A stretch of DNA of 64,000 nt, from positions 256,001 through 320,000 of the forward strand of contig CBDUPA010000002.1 in assembly GCA_965368975.1 (NCBI GenBank), in the 5' to 3' direction. The stretch's first letter is position 1. Each line of letters begins with the position of its first letter. A program made the position numbers and the translations under genes. This DNA comes from an uncultured bacterium. GTDB lineage: Bacteria > Acidobacteriota > Thermoanaerobaculia > Multivoradales > JAHZIX01. A model generated the notes under the pieces. That model had not been told where the DNA came from. It searched no databases and saw nothing but the letters and a program-made list of their open reading frames with translations. This document shows, one piece after another, positions 50,487 through 60,362 of the stretch.

Positions 50487-53400
50487 CTAGTGCTGCAGCG
50501 CTCGCTTGGACGGCGGTGGCGGCTCGGTACGCACCGGTACCGGGTTGGCCTCCAGGTCTTCGAGCAGCACCTCGACAGCCTTCTCCAGCTGTGGATCCCG
50601 CCCGGCCATGAAGTCCGCTGGTAGTAGATCGACTTCGATGTCCGGGGCGACGCCCTCGTTCTCGACCACCCACTCACCCTCGGGGCTGAAGATGCCCACG
50701 CGCGGTGAGTTGACGTAGCCACCGTCGATCAACTGCGGGTAGTCGAAGATGCCGATCAAGCCGCCCCAGGTCGTTTTGCCGATCAGCTTGCCGAGTTCCC
50801 GCCGGCGGAACATGTAGGGCAAGGCATCGCCACCGGAGGAGGCGAACTGGTTGATGAGCATGACCTTCGGGCCGAGGATCGAGCCGAGCGGCGAGTGGAA
50901 GACGCCACCGTCACGCGTGGCCCAGTAGCTGAGCAAGGGGCGATCGAGCAGATCGATGATGTAGTCGGCCACGAAGCCGCCACTATTGAAGCGCTCGTCG
51001 ACCACCACGGCATCGCGGTCCAGCTGCGAGAAGTAGTAGCGGGTGAAGAAACTGTAGCCCTGCCCAGCGGTGTTGGGCACGTGGACGTAGGCAATGCGAC
51101 CATCGCTCAGCTCTTCGACCTTCCGGTAGTTGGCCTCGACCCAGTCGAGCATTCGGAGGGCGTTGTCGCTGTACAGTGGCCGCACGCGGACTTCACGCGC
51201 ACCCTCGAAGGTTGGCTGGTCATTGACGGTGAGCGTGATCAAGCGATTCGCGGTACCGACGAACAGGCTGTAGGGGTTGGTCGGTGCTCTCAAGAGCCGA
51301 CCATCGACCGCCAGCAGGTAGTCACCTTCCCGCACGTCGATGCCGGGCTCGTGCAGCGGTGCGCGCTGGTTGTTCCAGGTATCACCCCGCAGGATGCGGG
51401 CCAGGCGGTAGTGGCCGCCCTCGAGCTCGAAGTCGGCGCCCAGCAAACCCACCGGCGGCGGGTCTTCGCCAGGCAGGTCACCACCGCCGACGTACGCGTG
51501 CCCGACTACGAGTTCAGCTGCCAGCTCAGTGAGCAAATAGTTGAGGTCGCTGCGGTGTCCGACGTGCTCGAGAAAGGGCTCGTAGCGCGCGAGCATCGCC
51601 GGCCAGTCCAGTCCATGCATGTCCGCGTCGTAGAAGAAGTCGCGGTGGATGCGCCAGGCCTCGCGCAGCATCTGCGGCCATTCGGCCCGCGGCTCGACGT
51701 AGAGCTGCGCGCCAGCCAGGCTCAGGCGGTCACCGTTGTCGGCGGCTCCGGCTGTATCCGCGATTACCCAACCACCTCCGTTGGCCAGCTGCAGCAAGGC
51801 CTTCGTGCCGTCAGCGCTCAGACTGTAGCCGTTGACACCACCACGGAAGCGCTCGCTCTCGCGCTTCTTCAGATCGAAACGCAGGAGGTCGTAGTGGGCA
51901 TTGTCGGTAACCGTCGCCGCGGCCCGGTCGGAGCTGCGGTAGAACAGCGCACCGCTGGCGACCACCTGAAGGTCCAGGTAGGCCCCAGCGGGAACCGGCA
52001 GGGGGACGATGCGTTGGTCGAGATTCTCGAAGTCGATCCGTACCTCCGGCAACGCGTCAGCACTCTCTGGCTCGGAAGCTTCGCCACCCTCCTGCGACGA
52101 CTCAGCACCGCGAATCGGCTCCTCGTCGCTCTCTGCGGCCAGTGGCGAGGCGACATCCTGACGCAGCACTGCCAGGTACAAGCCACGGTTCTCTGGGCGG
52201 TCGAAGGAACTCATGTCGAGCCAGGCGGCGTTCAGACCATGCTCGGCACTGAGCGTGAAGTAGAGGTACTGGCCGTCGCGACTGAACACCGCGTGACCGG
52301 CGTCACTGCGGCCGTCCGTCACCTGGTGCGTTTGACCACTCGCCAGCTCGTAGACAAAGACCGCCCGCAAGTGGTGCGGCAGCCGCTTCGTGTAGGTAAT
52401 CCAGCGACCGTCCGGGGACCAGGAAGGATCCAGGCCGCGCACCGGGTGCGTGTAGCCATCCTGATCAACCTCGATCGGTGCCGCCTCTTCGCTCTCGACG
52501 TCGAGTACATAGATGCGGCGGTGTTTGTCGGTGTAGAGAATCTTGCTGCCGTCCGGAGACCACGCGGGCTGGTAGTAGAAGGTCGGCTCGGCGCTCAGGG
52601 CCAGGCTACGCTGTGACCGCTCACCGCTGAGGTCGTCGATCACCAAGCGGTATTCACCCGAGGCGTCGGACAGATAGGCGACGTAGCGACCGTCCGGCGA
52701 CCAGGCGGGCTGACGCTCGTGACTGGCGGGCGCGTGGGTCAGATTACGCACCGAGCCGTTCTCCGCCGGCACACTGACGACTTCGCCACGAGCCGAGAAC
52801 AGCGCTCGTGCACCGCTGGGAGACAGAACGCCACCCTGCAGATACGGCCCCGCGGGAATCCAGCGCGCACGCGCCGAAGGCAGGTCCGGATCGATGTGGA
52901 CCATCAGCGGCTGTGACGTCCCGCTCGCCAGGTCGAATTCGTGCAGTCGACCGGCCTGCTCGTACACCAGGTGGTCACCATAGCCGTTCAGCCAGCGGAC
53001 GTCGTACCCCGTGTGCTGGGTCAGTTGCCGGACAGCCGCGCTCTCCGTGCCGCTGCTCGCTGCCGCGGCTGTAGCGTAGGCGAAAACGTTGACCGTGTAC
53101 TCACGATCCGACAGGAAATAAACAGTGTCACCGAGCCATACTGGGTGCATGTTATTGCTGCCCGCCGGCGGGATCTCTTCCACCGCGTAGGTCTCGAGGT
53201 CGAGCAACCAGATGGGCGGCATCAAGCCACCTCGGTGACGCTTCCAGGGACCGTTGGCAGGATCCGGCAGCTGCTGGTACGCGAGCCGCGAACCGTCCGG
53301 CGAGAAACTGGAGCGAAAGCCCCAGGGCAGTGGCAAGGGCTGCGGTAGTCCTTCACCACGGCCGATCAGGTAGAGCCGCGAGAGACCGCCTTTGAAGCCG

Positions 53401-53879
53401 CGCCGGGCCGAGTTGAAGAGCACGCGTCCATCGCGGCTCCAGCCGCGCACCGTATCGCTCTCCGGATGCCAGGTCAGACGCTCGGGTTGGCCGCCATCGA
53501 CACTCACCAGGTAGACGTCATCGTTGCCCCCATACTCGCCGGTGAAAGCAATCCAGCGCCCGTCGGGCGAGAAGTAGGGAGCGCTCTCGACACCCTCGTG
53601 CACGGTCAAGCGGCGCGGTGACGAGCCATCACGCTCGGACAGCCACAGGTCGCCGGCATAGACGAAAGCGAGGTGGTCGGCGCTGATGGCGGGCATCCGC
53701 AGCAAGAGGGTGCCCGTTTCTTCGACCTGGGCCTGCTGGGTGGGCTGGGCCTGCTGGGTGGGCTGGGCCTGCTGGGTGGACTGGGCCTGCTGGGTGGGCT
53801 GGGCACTGGTCTGAGCGCTCAGCAGGGGTACGGCGGCGAGGCAGAGCGCGAGAAGCGGGAGGGCGAGGCGGCGTTGCAT
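50487..53879 (-). CDS. Tricorn protease homologue (S41 family)
   Basis: LLRMPAIS...AFVYAGDLW, PD40-like FSPDG/WSPDG propeller repeats, PDZ region, GRIAYVHVPNT, DERFNSGG, ASSGGD, TWGGLIG, ENEGVAPDIEV, DPQLEKAV. Confidence 0.94.
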   Translation of the reverse strand: MQRRLALPLLALCLAAVPLLSAQTSAQPTQQAQSTQQAQPTQQAQPTQQAQVEETGTLLLRMPAISADHLAFVYAGDLWLSERDGSSPRRLTVHEGVESAPYFSPDGRWIAFTGEYGGNDDVYLVSVDGGQPERLTWHPESDTVRGWSRDGRVLFNSARRGFKGGLSRLYLIGRGEGLPQPLPLPWGFRSSFSPDGSRLAYQQLPDPANGPWKRHRGGLMPPIWLLDLETYAVEEIPPAGSNNMHPVWLGDTVYFLSDREYTVNVFAYATAAAASSGTESAAVRQLTQHTGYDVRWLNGYGDHLVYEQAGRLHEFDLASGTSQPLMVHIDPDLPSARARWIPAGPYLQGGVLSPSGARALFSARGEVVSVPAENGSVRNLTHAPASHERQPAWSPDGRYVAYLSDASGEYRLVIDDLSGERSQRSLALSAEPTFYYQPAWSPDGSKILYTDKHRRIYVLDVESEEAAPIEVDQDGYTHPVRGLDPSWSPDGRWITYTKRLPHHLRAVFVYELASGQTHQVTDGRSDAGHAVFSRDGQYLYFTLSAEHGLNAAWLDMSSFDRPENRGLYLAVLRQDVASPLAAESDEEPIRGAESSQEGGEASEPESADALPEVRIDFENLDQRIVPLPVPAGAYLDLQVVASGALFYRSSDRAAATVTDNAHYDLLRFDLKKRESERFRGGVNGYSLSADGTKALLQLANGGGWVIADTAGAADNGDRLSLAGAQLYVEPRAEWPQMLREAWRIHRDFFYDADMHGLDWPAMLARYEPFLEHVGHRSDLNYLLTELAAELVVGHAYVGGGDLPGEDPPPVGLLGADFELEGGHYRLARILRGDTWNNQRAPLHEPGIDVREGDYLLAVDGRLLRAPTNPYSLFVGTANRLITLTVNDQPTFEGAREVRVRPLYSDNALRMLDWVEANYRKVEELSDGRIAYVHVPNTAGQGYSFFTRYYFSQLDRDAVVVDERFNSGGFVADYIIDLLDRPLLSYWATRDGGVFHSPLGSILGPKVMLINQFASSGGDALPYMFRRRELGKLIGKTTWGGLIGIFDYPQLIDGGYVNSPRVGIFSPEGEWVVENEGVAPDIEVDLLPADFMAGRDPQLEKAVEVLLEDLEANPVPVRTEPPPPSKRALQH
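53727..53804. repeat. 18-bp in-frame tandem repeat (~4.3 copies) encoding AQPTQQ
   Basis: Unit CTGGGCCTGCTGGGTGGG at 53727, 53745, 53763 (1 mismatch), 53781, plus a partial copy. Confidence 0.92.
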
Positions 53880-53971
53880 GCAGATCTCCTTGCGGTATCG
53901 AAAGTCTGGGCTGCTCATTCTCGCAGATCGAGCGGCCCAGACGAAAGATACGTCGGGAGGTCGCGATCGGA

Positions 53972-56665
53972 TCAGGGCTGGCGCTGCTGGCGCACCGGTC
54001 CGAGTTCCAGCGCCGTGCGCTCCAGGCGCCAGAGTTCGCGTCCGCTGACGCCGTCGTCGGCACTGAAGTAGAGGTACTCCCCCGCCACCGTCAGCTGTTC
54101 GGGCAGGGACGAGCCGGCGCCCGGCACGAGGTCGCTGAGCCGCCGGACCCTAGCGCCGTCGCTGAACCACAGCTCGCGCCCCTGGCGGCCGTCGGTAGCG
54201 CTGAAGACGAGCCGGCCGTCGACCGCGACCAGGTGCTGCGGATGACTGCCCCGTGGTCCCGGCCACAGGTCGCGCAGCAGCCGGGTGCCGGCCGCCGTGC
54301 CGTCGCTGCGCCACAGTTCGACGCCGGTCGTCTCGTTGGCTGCGGTGAAGAAGAGGTGCTCACCAGCCACCACCGCTTCCAGCACATGGCTCGGCAAGCC
54401 GTCGACTTCGAGCTGGGACAGCACTGGCGTCGCAGAGCTGGCACCGGAGCTGGCGCGCAGCTGATCCCCCGCGGTGCCCGCGCGGGTGAAGAACAGCACC
54501 TGCTCTCCCAAGCGCTCCAGCAAGCGCGGATCGGAACCCGCTTGCCCCGGCACGATGTCGGCCAGGATGCGGGTGCCCAGGGGGGTCCCGTCGGTGAACG
54601 CCAGCTCGCGGCCGGTATCCGGGTGCTCCGCAGCCAGCACGATGCGCTCCCCCAACGGCGTCGACAGCAGCGTCAATTGATCCGGCGTCGCGAACAACGG
54701 CCCATCCGCGCCATCGGGACGGAGCGGAGCGGTGCCGTCTGTAGAGCCGTCACTGAGGATCAGCTGCCGGTGATCCTCCTCGCCACCGAACAAGGCGCTG
54801 AACACCACCTGGTCACCGAGCACCGTCAGCTCGCGTGGTTCGCTGGACAGCAGGAACGGCAGGACGCCGATGGAACCCATCCAGGAAGCGAGGTCCGCCA
54901 CTTGGCCCGTGCCGGCCGTGGTGTTGACCCACAGCTCCTGGTCGGTGAAGGACGTCGCCGCGAACAGCAGCATGCCGTTCAGCTCCGCGAAGGACTGTGC
55001 CTCGGAGAGACCTTCATAGAGCAACTCGACGTCACTGCCGTCACTACACCAGAGGCCAGCTTCAGCCGCCTCTGGACTGCTGTAGAACACCTGGTCACGA
55101 GCCGCGAAGAACTCCTGGACGTCGGCGGGAGTGGTGCTCAGATTCCAGGCTTGCTGGCCATCCGTGGTCCAGATTCCGGGAGCTGCCTCGCTGTCGGCGT
55201 CGAAGAACAGCAGATCTCCGAGGGCCGTGAGATGCCGCGGATCGGAGGAGGGATCGCCCGCGTGCACGTCATGCAACAGATCCGCCCCTGCAACGCTCGC
55301 CCACCAGGGCTCGCGACCTGTGTCCACGGCCTCGGCGGTGAACACGACGCCGGACGAGAAGCCGGTCAGATCCGCGGGTGCGGACAACCGCGCCACGAGA
55401 ACCGTGCCGGCAGCCGTGCCATCGGTGGTCCACAGATCGGCGCCTTCGACCACGAAGAACGCTCGATCACCGGAGGTCGCCAGAGACGAAACGACCGTCT
55501 CGGCAGTCGGCATCGACAGCGTCTCGATGAGACGGGCCGGCGCGGCCGGTTCCTGCAGCCAGAGCTCGATGGCGTCGAGGCGCTGCACCACGACAAGGAG
55601 CCCACCGTTGAATTCGACCGCCCCCCGATAGGGACCGACCGGCATACCCGTTACGCGCTCCATCCCGTCTCCCCGCACCTCGTACAAGCGCACCGGGGAC
55701 AGCGCGTTGGGACTGCGCGCGCTGACATACAAGCGCTCCCCCAGCGCGACGCTGAAGGACTCTTCGAGCAGTCCCGAGCAGAGCCCGAAACACACCTCTG
55801 CCAGGCGCCGCGAGCCGTCGACCGTACCGTCCGTGCGCCATGCCTCGAATCCGTCTCGACGATCGGGGCTACGAGCCGCGAACACCAGGTCGCCATCGAC
55901 CACGCGCGCCAAGTGCGGCAAGCCGGGCTGGAAGCGATCCGGACCGGAGAGCTGTTCCAACGTCTGGGAGACAGCGTCCAGCGTCCAGAGCTGGAGCTGG
56001 GAGAACGTCGAGGAGTGATGCAGCAGCAAATACAGTCGATCCGCCGTCGCGAGCAGGCGGTCTGTACCTGGAGCATAAGGATTCTCCGGCAAGTCCTCGA
56101 GTTCAACCGTACCTTCGCGGGTACCGTCGGTACGCCACAGCGAACGCGTCAAGTCAGACCGCCAGCTCAGCAGGTACAACTCGTCGCCGACTCCGACGGG
56201 AGCCGCTGCGCCCGGCCGGAAGGCATTGCAAGGTCCCGGGCAGATGTCGCGCACCAGCCGCAGCTCGCCGCCCGTGTCCAGGCTCCACAGCTCACGGCCG
56301 AAGGCACCGTCGTCGGCAAAGAAGTAGAGCCGATCGTTCCACACGGTCAATGCCTCCGGCTGAGACGCACAGCGTCCCGGACACAGGTCGTCGACCAAGC
56401 GCAAACCATCCGCACTGCCGTCCGTGGACCACAGCTCAATGCCGTAGCGAGGATGGTCGGCGGCGAAGTACAGGCGACCGTGGAATTCGGCACGCTGGAA
56501 GTCGTCGAGCTGCACCGAGCCTTCGTTGATGCCCTGCTGCACCAGGTCGGCCACCAGATGTGGCTGAGCGTCCACGGTAAGGCTGAAGACGAGCAGGGCA
56601 ACGGTCGAGACCGCGAGTGGGAGGAACGAGCTGGGAACCGGAAGGCAGGGACGAAGGAAGCGCAT
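53972..56665 (-). CDS. Secreted ELWxxDGT-repeat (beta-propeller) protein
   Basis: Signal peptide; repeated ELWSTDGS, LWRTDGT, AWRTDGT, LWTTDGT, ELWRSDGT, ELWFSDG, and LYF.ADDG..GRELW. Confidence 0.9.
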   Translation of the reverse strand: MRFLRPCLPVPSSFLPLAVSTVALLVFSLTVDAQPHLVADLVQQGINEGSVQLDDFQRAEFHGRLYFAADHPRYGIELWSTDGSADGLRLVDDLCPGRCASQPEALTVWNDRLYFFADDGAFGRELWSLDTGGELRLVRDICPGPCNAFRPGAAAPVGVGDELYLLSWRSDLTRSLWRTDGTREGTVELEDLPENPYAPGTDRLLATADRLYLLLHHSSTFSQLQLWTLDAVSQTLEQLSGPDRFQPGLPHLARVVDGDLVFAARSPDRRDGFEAWRTDGTVDGSRRLAEVCFGLCSGLLEESFSVALGERLYVSARSPNALSPVRLYEVRGDGMERVTGMPVGPYRGAVEFNGGLLVVVQRLDAIELWLQEPAAPARLIETLSMPTAETVVSSLATSGDRAFFVVEGADLWTTDGTAAGTVLVARLSAPADLTGFSSGVVFTAEAVDTGREPWWASVAGADLLHDVHAGDPSSDPRHLTALGDLLFFDADSEAAPGIWTTDGQQAWNLSTTPADVQEFFAARDQVFYSSPEAAEAGLWCSDGSDVELLYEGLSEAQSFAELNGMLLFAATSFTDQELWVNTTAGTGQVADLASWMGSIGVLPFLLSSEPRELTVLGDQVVFSALFGGEEDHRQLILSDGSTDGTAPLRPDGADGPLFATPDQLTLLSTPLGERIVLAAEHPDTGRELAFTDGTPLGTRILADIVPGQAGSDPRLLERLGEQVLFFTRAGTAGDQLRASSGASSATPVLSQLEVDGLPSHVLEAVVAGEHLFFTAANETTGVELWRSDGTAAGTRLLRDLWPGPRGSHPQHLVAVDGRLVFSATDGRQGRELWFSDGARVRRLSDLVPGAGSSLPEQLTVAGEYLYFSADDGVSGRELWRLERTALELGPVRQQRQP

Positions 56666-56738
56666 GATGGTGTCCTCGGGTTGATTTATGCCAAAATAGC
56701 ATAAAGAAACCACGAGTGCAAGAGGGCTTCCGAGGGCG

Positions 56739-59354
56739 TCAGGTACCGATGTGTCGTAGCCGCAGCAACGGACCGTCAGTGCTCACAACGCCCCGCAAGT
56801 CGACGTCACCGCGGATGCACCACAGGTTGTCTTCCTCCGGATCGAGCAAGACGTGGCTGACCTGCCAGCGTTGGGGGCCATCGGATCGCAAGTGCGTCAG
56901 GTGCGCTTGGCGGGCCCGCGGGTCGAAGACGATCTCGCCGTAGTCGGCCAAGAAAGGCGCCAGCGCCTCGGCGAAACGGGCATCGTCCCAGTGCGTTTCG
57001 GGATCGCCGGGATCCTGACGGATGCAACGGACCGCGTCCTCGTAGTTGCCATTCGACAGCACACGCACCAACTGGTGGAGCTCCGCGCGTAGGCGGGCAC
57101 GCAGCGCCTTCGGATCGTGCAGCAGTTCGAGCGCTTTGATCGCCTCCTCGGCAGCAGCCCGCTCCTCCTGGTCGCGGGTCGGTAGATCCGGATTGAGCAT
57201 CTGCTCCCACTCCTGCAACAGGCTGGAGTCGGTGTGTCCGAGCATGGTGCGAAAGAATGCAAGAACGTCATAGACGTCTTCTGTCTTGGCCTGCTCCGGC
57301 ACCGTCTGGCTCATCGTCTTGTACAGCTGGCTCAGGTAGCGCAGCAGCACACCTTCGCTGCGCTGCAGACCGTAGCGACGGATGAAATCCGCGAAGGCAT
57401 AGTAGTTGGCGTAGATCTCGTGACCGATGCCCTTGGTACGAATGTCCTCACCGCGCAGCGACGGGTGATGGCGCCGGAAGACCTCGAAGGTGCCGTGGAT
57501 GTACTCGGCATAGGGCTGCGGATAGCTGACGTTCTCCAGCCGCTCGATGCGCTCTTCGTAGTCGAACCCTTCGGCCTTGAGCCGGCCCATCAACTCGTCC
57601 TTGAGCTTGTTCTCCTGGGCATAGAGGATGACCCAAGGGTCCTCCAGAACCGCCTCGACCAGCGACAGCACCTCCAGCGAGTACTCGTCGCCCTCGGTTT
57701 CCAGGTGCTCGATGACGTCGATCAGGTAGAGAGCGAGCGCCTGGAAGAGTGAGAAATCCCACTGCAGGTCCTCGTTCAGCACCACCCACTGGTAGTTGGT
57801 GACCGTATCTTTGACCAGCTTGATGACGCCCGAGCGATACAAGGAACGCACCAGCAGGGCAGCCTGCGTGAGCAGTTTGTCCTGCTTCTGCGGCGGTTCG
57901 TGACTGCGCCGGATCAGGCGCCGCAGGGAGGTGAAGTTGTCGTCTTGCACGCCTTGTTCGGCGTCGCGCTGCAGCAAGTTGACGACCAAGCCGGCGGTGA
58001 TGCGGAAGCTAGAGCGCAGAGCTTCCGGCTGCCGCTCGATCAGCTTGTTGAAGGTGGTCTCGTTCCAGTCCACGAAGCCGCGCTGCGGCGGCTTCTTCTT
58101 GACCAGCTTCTTGCGCTTGCCGCTGGCCGCCGCCTTGCGCTCCAGCGCCAGGTTCTCGATCACGTACTCCGGCGCCTGGCAGACGACGCTGCCGGCCACA
58201 TCGAAGCCCCGGCGGCCGGCGCGGCCGGCGATCTGCTTGAAGTCACGCACGGAGAGGATCCGCGTCTTGCGGCCGTCGTACTTGCACAGCTTGGTGAACA
58301 GCACGGTGCGGATCGGGATGTTGACCCCGACGCCCAGGGTGTCAGTGCCCGAGATCACCTTGAGCAGCCCCTGCTGCGCCAGCTGCTCGACCAGCAACCG
58401 GTACTTGGGCAGCAAGCCGGCATGGTGGACACCGATACCGAAGCTCAGAAAGCGGCGGAACTCCTTGCCGTACGGCGAGTCGAAGCGGAAGTCGCCGATC
58501 GCCTCACGGATGCGCCCCTTTTCTTCCTTGGAGCACAGATTCATGCTGGTCAGGTTCTGCGCCAGCTCCGGGCATTCGCGCTGCGTGAAGTTGACCACGT
58601 AGATCGGATACTTGCCGTCGCGCATCAAGTCCTGCACCGTCTCGTGCAGAGGCGTCTCTCGATACTCGAAGTCCAGAGGCACCGGCCGATCCGTCGAGCT
58701 GACGATAGCGACCTCGGAGTTGGTCTGCTCCTCCATGCGCTCTTTGATCACCGCCGGATTGCCCAGCGTCGCGGACATCAGCAGGAACTGCGTATCCGGC
58801 AGGCTGATCAGCGGAATCTGCCAGGCGACACCGCGCTCGCGGTCCGAGTAGTAGTGGAACTCGTCCATCACCACATAGTCCGCGGACAGCTGCTCGCCCT
58901 GTCGCAAGACCATGTTGGACAGCACTTCCGCGGTGCAACAGCGCACTAGCGCCGATGCGTTGATCGAGGCATCGCCGGTCAGCATGCCGACGTTCTCTGG
59001 ACCCAGGTCGTCACACAGGGCGAAGAACTTCTCGCTCGCCAGCGCCTTGATCGGCGAGGTGTAGTACGACACCCGCTGCTCGCACAGCCCCTTGAAGTGA
59101 AATCCGAGCGCGACCAGTGATTTGCCGGAGCCGGTCGGCGTGTTGAGGATGACGTGCTTGCCCGCCATCAGCTCCAGCAGGGCTTCTTCCTGCGCCGGAT
59201 AGAGTTCGAAGCCGATATCCAGCACCCAGTCCAGGAAGAGATCCAAGATCTCGTCAGGATCGCGGGTGCCACCTTCGGGCACGCGGTCGAGCAGGGAGCG
59301 CACGAAGGTCGAGGTGGCGGAATCTTCGGAGGCGGCGGGATCGGCTGTGGTCAC
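56739..59354 (-). CDS. Ski2-like DEAD/DEAH-box helicase with DUF3516-like C-terminus
   Basis: LYPAQEEA, TPTGSGKS, PIKALASEK, MDEFHYY, MSAT, HHAGLLP, TDTLGVGVN.P, QIAGRAGR; C-terminal RSEGVLLRYLS, DSSLL.EWE. Confidence 0.92.
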   Translation of the reverse strand: MTTADPAASEDSATSTFVRSLLDRVPEGGTRDPDEILDLFLDWVLDIGFELYPAQEEALLELMAGKHVILNTPTGSGKSLVALGFHFKGLCEQRVSYYTSPIKALASEKFFALCDDLGPENVGMLTGDASINASALVRCCTAEVLSNMVLRQGEQLSADYVVMDEFHYYSDRERGVAWQIPLISLPDTQFLLMSATLGNPAVIKERMEEQTNSEVAIVSSTDRPVPLDFEYRETPLHETVQDLMRDGKYPIYVVNFTQRECPELAQNLTSMNLCSKEEKGRIREAIGDFRFDSPYGKEFRRFLSFGIGVHHAGLLPKYRLLVEQLAQQGLLKVISGTDTLGVGVNIPIRTVLFTKLCKYDGRKTRILSVRDFKQIAGRAGRRGFDVAGSVVCQAPEYVIENLALERKAAASGKRKKLVKKKPPQRGFVDWNETTFNKLIERQPEALRSSFRITAGLVVNLLQRDAEQGVQDDNFTSLRRLIRRSHEPPQKQDKLLTQAALLVRSLYRSGVIKLVKDTVTNYQWVVLNEDLQWDFSLFQALALYLIDVIEHLETEGDEYSLEVLSLVEAVLEDPWVILYAQENKLKDELMGRLKAEGFDYEERIERLENVSYPQPYAEYIHGTFEVFRRHHPSLRGEDIRTKGIGHEIYANYYAFADFIRRYGLQRSEGVLLRYLSQLYKTMSQTVPEQAKTEDVYDVLAFFRTMLGHTDSSLLQEWEQMLNPDLPTRDQEERAAAEEAIKALELLHDPKALRARLRAELHQLVRVLSNGNYEDAVRCIRQDPGDPETHWDDARFAEALAPFLADYGEIVFDPRARQAHLTHLRSDGPQRWQVSHVLLDPEEDNLWCIRGDVDLRGVVSTDGPLLRLRHIGT

Positions 59355-59411
59355 GGTGATGGGAAGGCTCCTTCTGAGCTGTGGAAGATGGCGTCAAGAT
59401 ATAGCACGGCT

Positions 59412-60362
59412 TCAGTCGATCGACGCGAGGAGGTCCGCCAAGCGGTAACCGGCCAGTGCTACGCGCCGCTCGGCGATCGCGGTGGCGGCGTCCAGGTAAC
59501 CGGACGGCAGCCGGGTTCCGCGATCACGATCACGGCTGACGCTCAGCGCGCCCTCCTGATAGGCAGCCTCCCGAGCCAACGGCAGGCTCTCGCGGCGAGC
59601 CCAGGTGTTCCAGGCGCGCGGATCGGAGCCCAGTTCGTCGAGCTGCGGTCGCCGATAGCCTCGCCGCAGTTCGGAGGCGAGCCGGCTGGCGTCGCGATAG
59701 TCGTCGCGGCGCAAGACGAGACCGTCCCACAGGGCGTGCAGGTTGGTGGTTCGCGTGCGGCTGTGCACGCGCACGTACATTTCATTGCCGCCCTTGTCGC
59801 CGTCCGGAAACTGACGCGAGAAGAACTGCACGACGTGCAAGGGCTGGTGGATGTCGCCCACCAGGTGCAACAGCCAGCTGAGAGCCACCGCTCGCTCTTC
59901 TGGGTCGCGGGCGCTGCTCAACGTGCGGAGGTTGGCGTCGAGCGCGGCGAGAATGTTTTCGTCATAGGGGTCGCGCGTGCGAACCGACGCCGGTTCTCCG
60001 GGGGGCTTGTAGGGCAGGTTGACGAAGTGCCAGCGTGTCCGGTGGTAGCGTTGGAAGTCTTCGTCGTCGCGAATGTCGTCGGCCCAGCGCGCGGCGAGCA
60101 TGAACAGACGTTCAGCACGTTGCTCGGCGTCGAGCCCCTGCAGCCTGGACTTCCAGCGCGAACGGAAGGCCGGGTGTTGTTCCAACAACGCAACCAGATT
60201 CGCCGCTGTATTGGCATCCCGCGCCGCCAGATCCTGGTAGGCGATGGCGCCCGTGACCATGTGTGTGGGGCGGTTCCAGGCCGCCGCGGACGTCGCCAGT
60301 ACACCGGCCAAGACCAGGACGGCACCGAGCGCCGCTAGTCGCTGGCTGAACGAACGGCACAT
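59412..60362 (-). CDS. Secreted S1/P1 nuclease
   Basis: Signal peptide leaving mature N-terminal W(NRPTH); WADDIR, WHFVN, HLVGDIHQPLH, GDKGGN, NLHALWD, AGYRLA Zn-binding motifs. Confidence 0.92.
   Translation of the reverse strand: MCRSFSQRLAALGAVLVLAGVLATSAAAWNRPTHMVTGAIAYQDLAARDANTAANLVALLEQHPAFRSRWKSRLQGLDAEQRAERLFMLAARWADDIRDDEDFQRYHRTRWHFVNLPYKPPGEPASVRTRDPYDENILAALDANLRTLSSARDPEERAVALSWLLHLVGDIHQPLHVVQFFSRQFPDGDKGGNEMYVRVHSRTRTTNLHALWDGLVLRRDDYRDASRLASELRRGYRRPQLDELGSDPRAWNTWARRESLPLAREAAYQEGALSVSRDRDRGTRLPSGYLDAATAIAERRVALAGYRLADLLASID

Noticed and set aside
53727-53804. Tandem repeat considered as a CRISPR array
   Set aside because: It has no spacers, is an in-frame coding repeat, and there are no cas genes in the window.
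54233-56704. Long antisense ORFs (823 aa here; also 16780-18420, 50895-52616, 28201-29448, 60410-61648 and others)
   Set aside because: They lie opposite well-supported genes, show no recognisable motifs, and are expected as shadows of high-GC codon bias.
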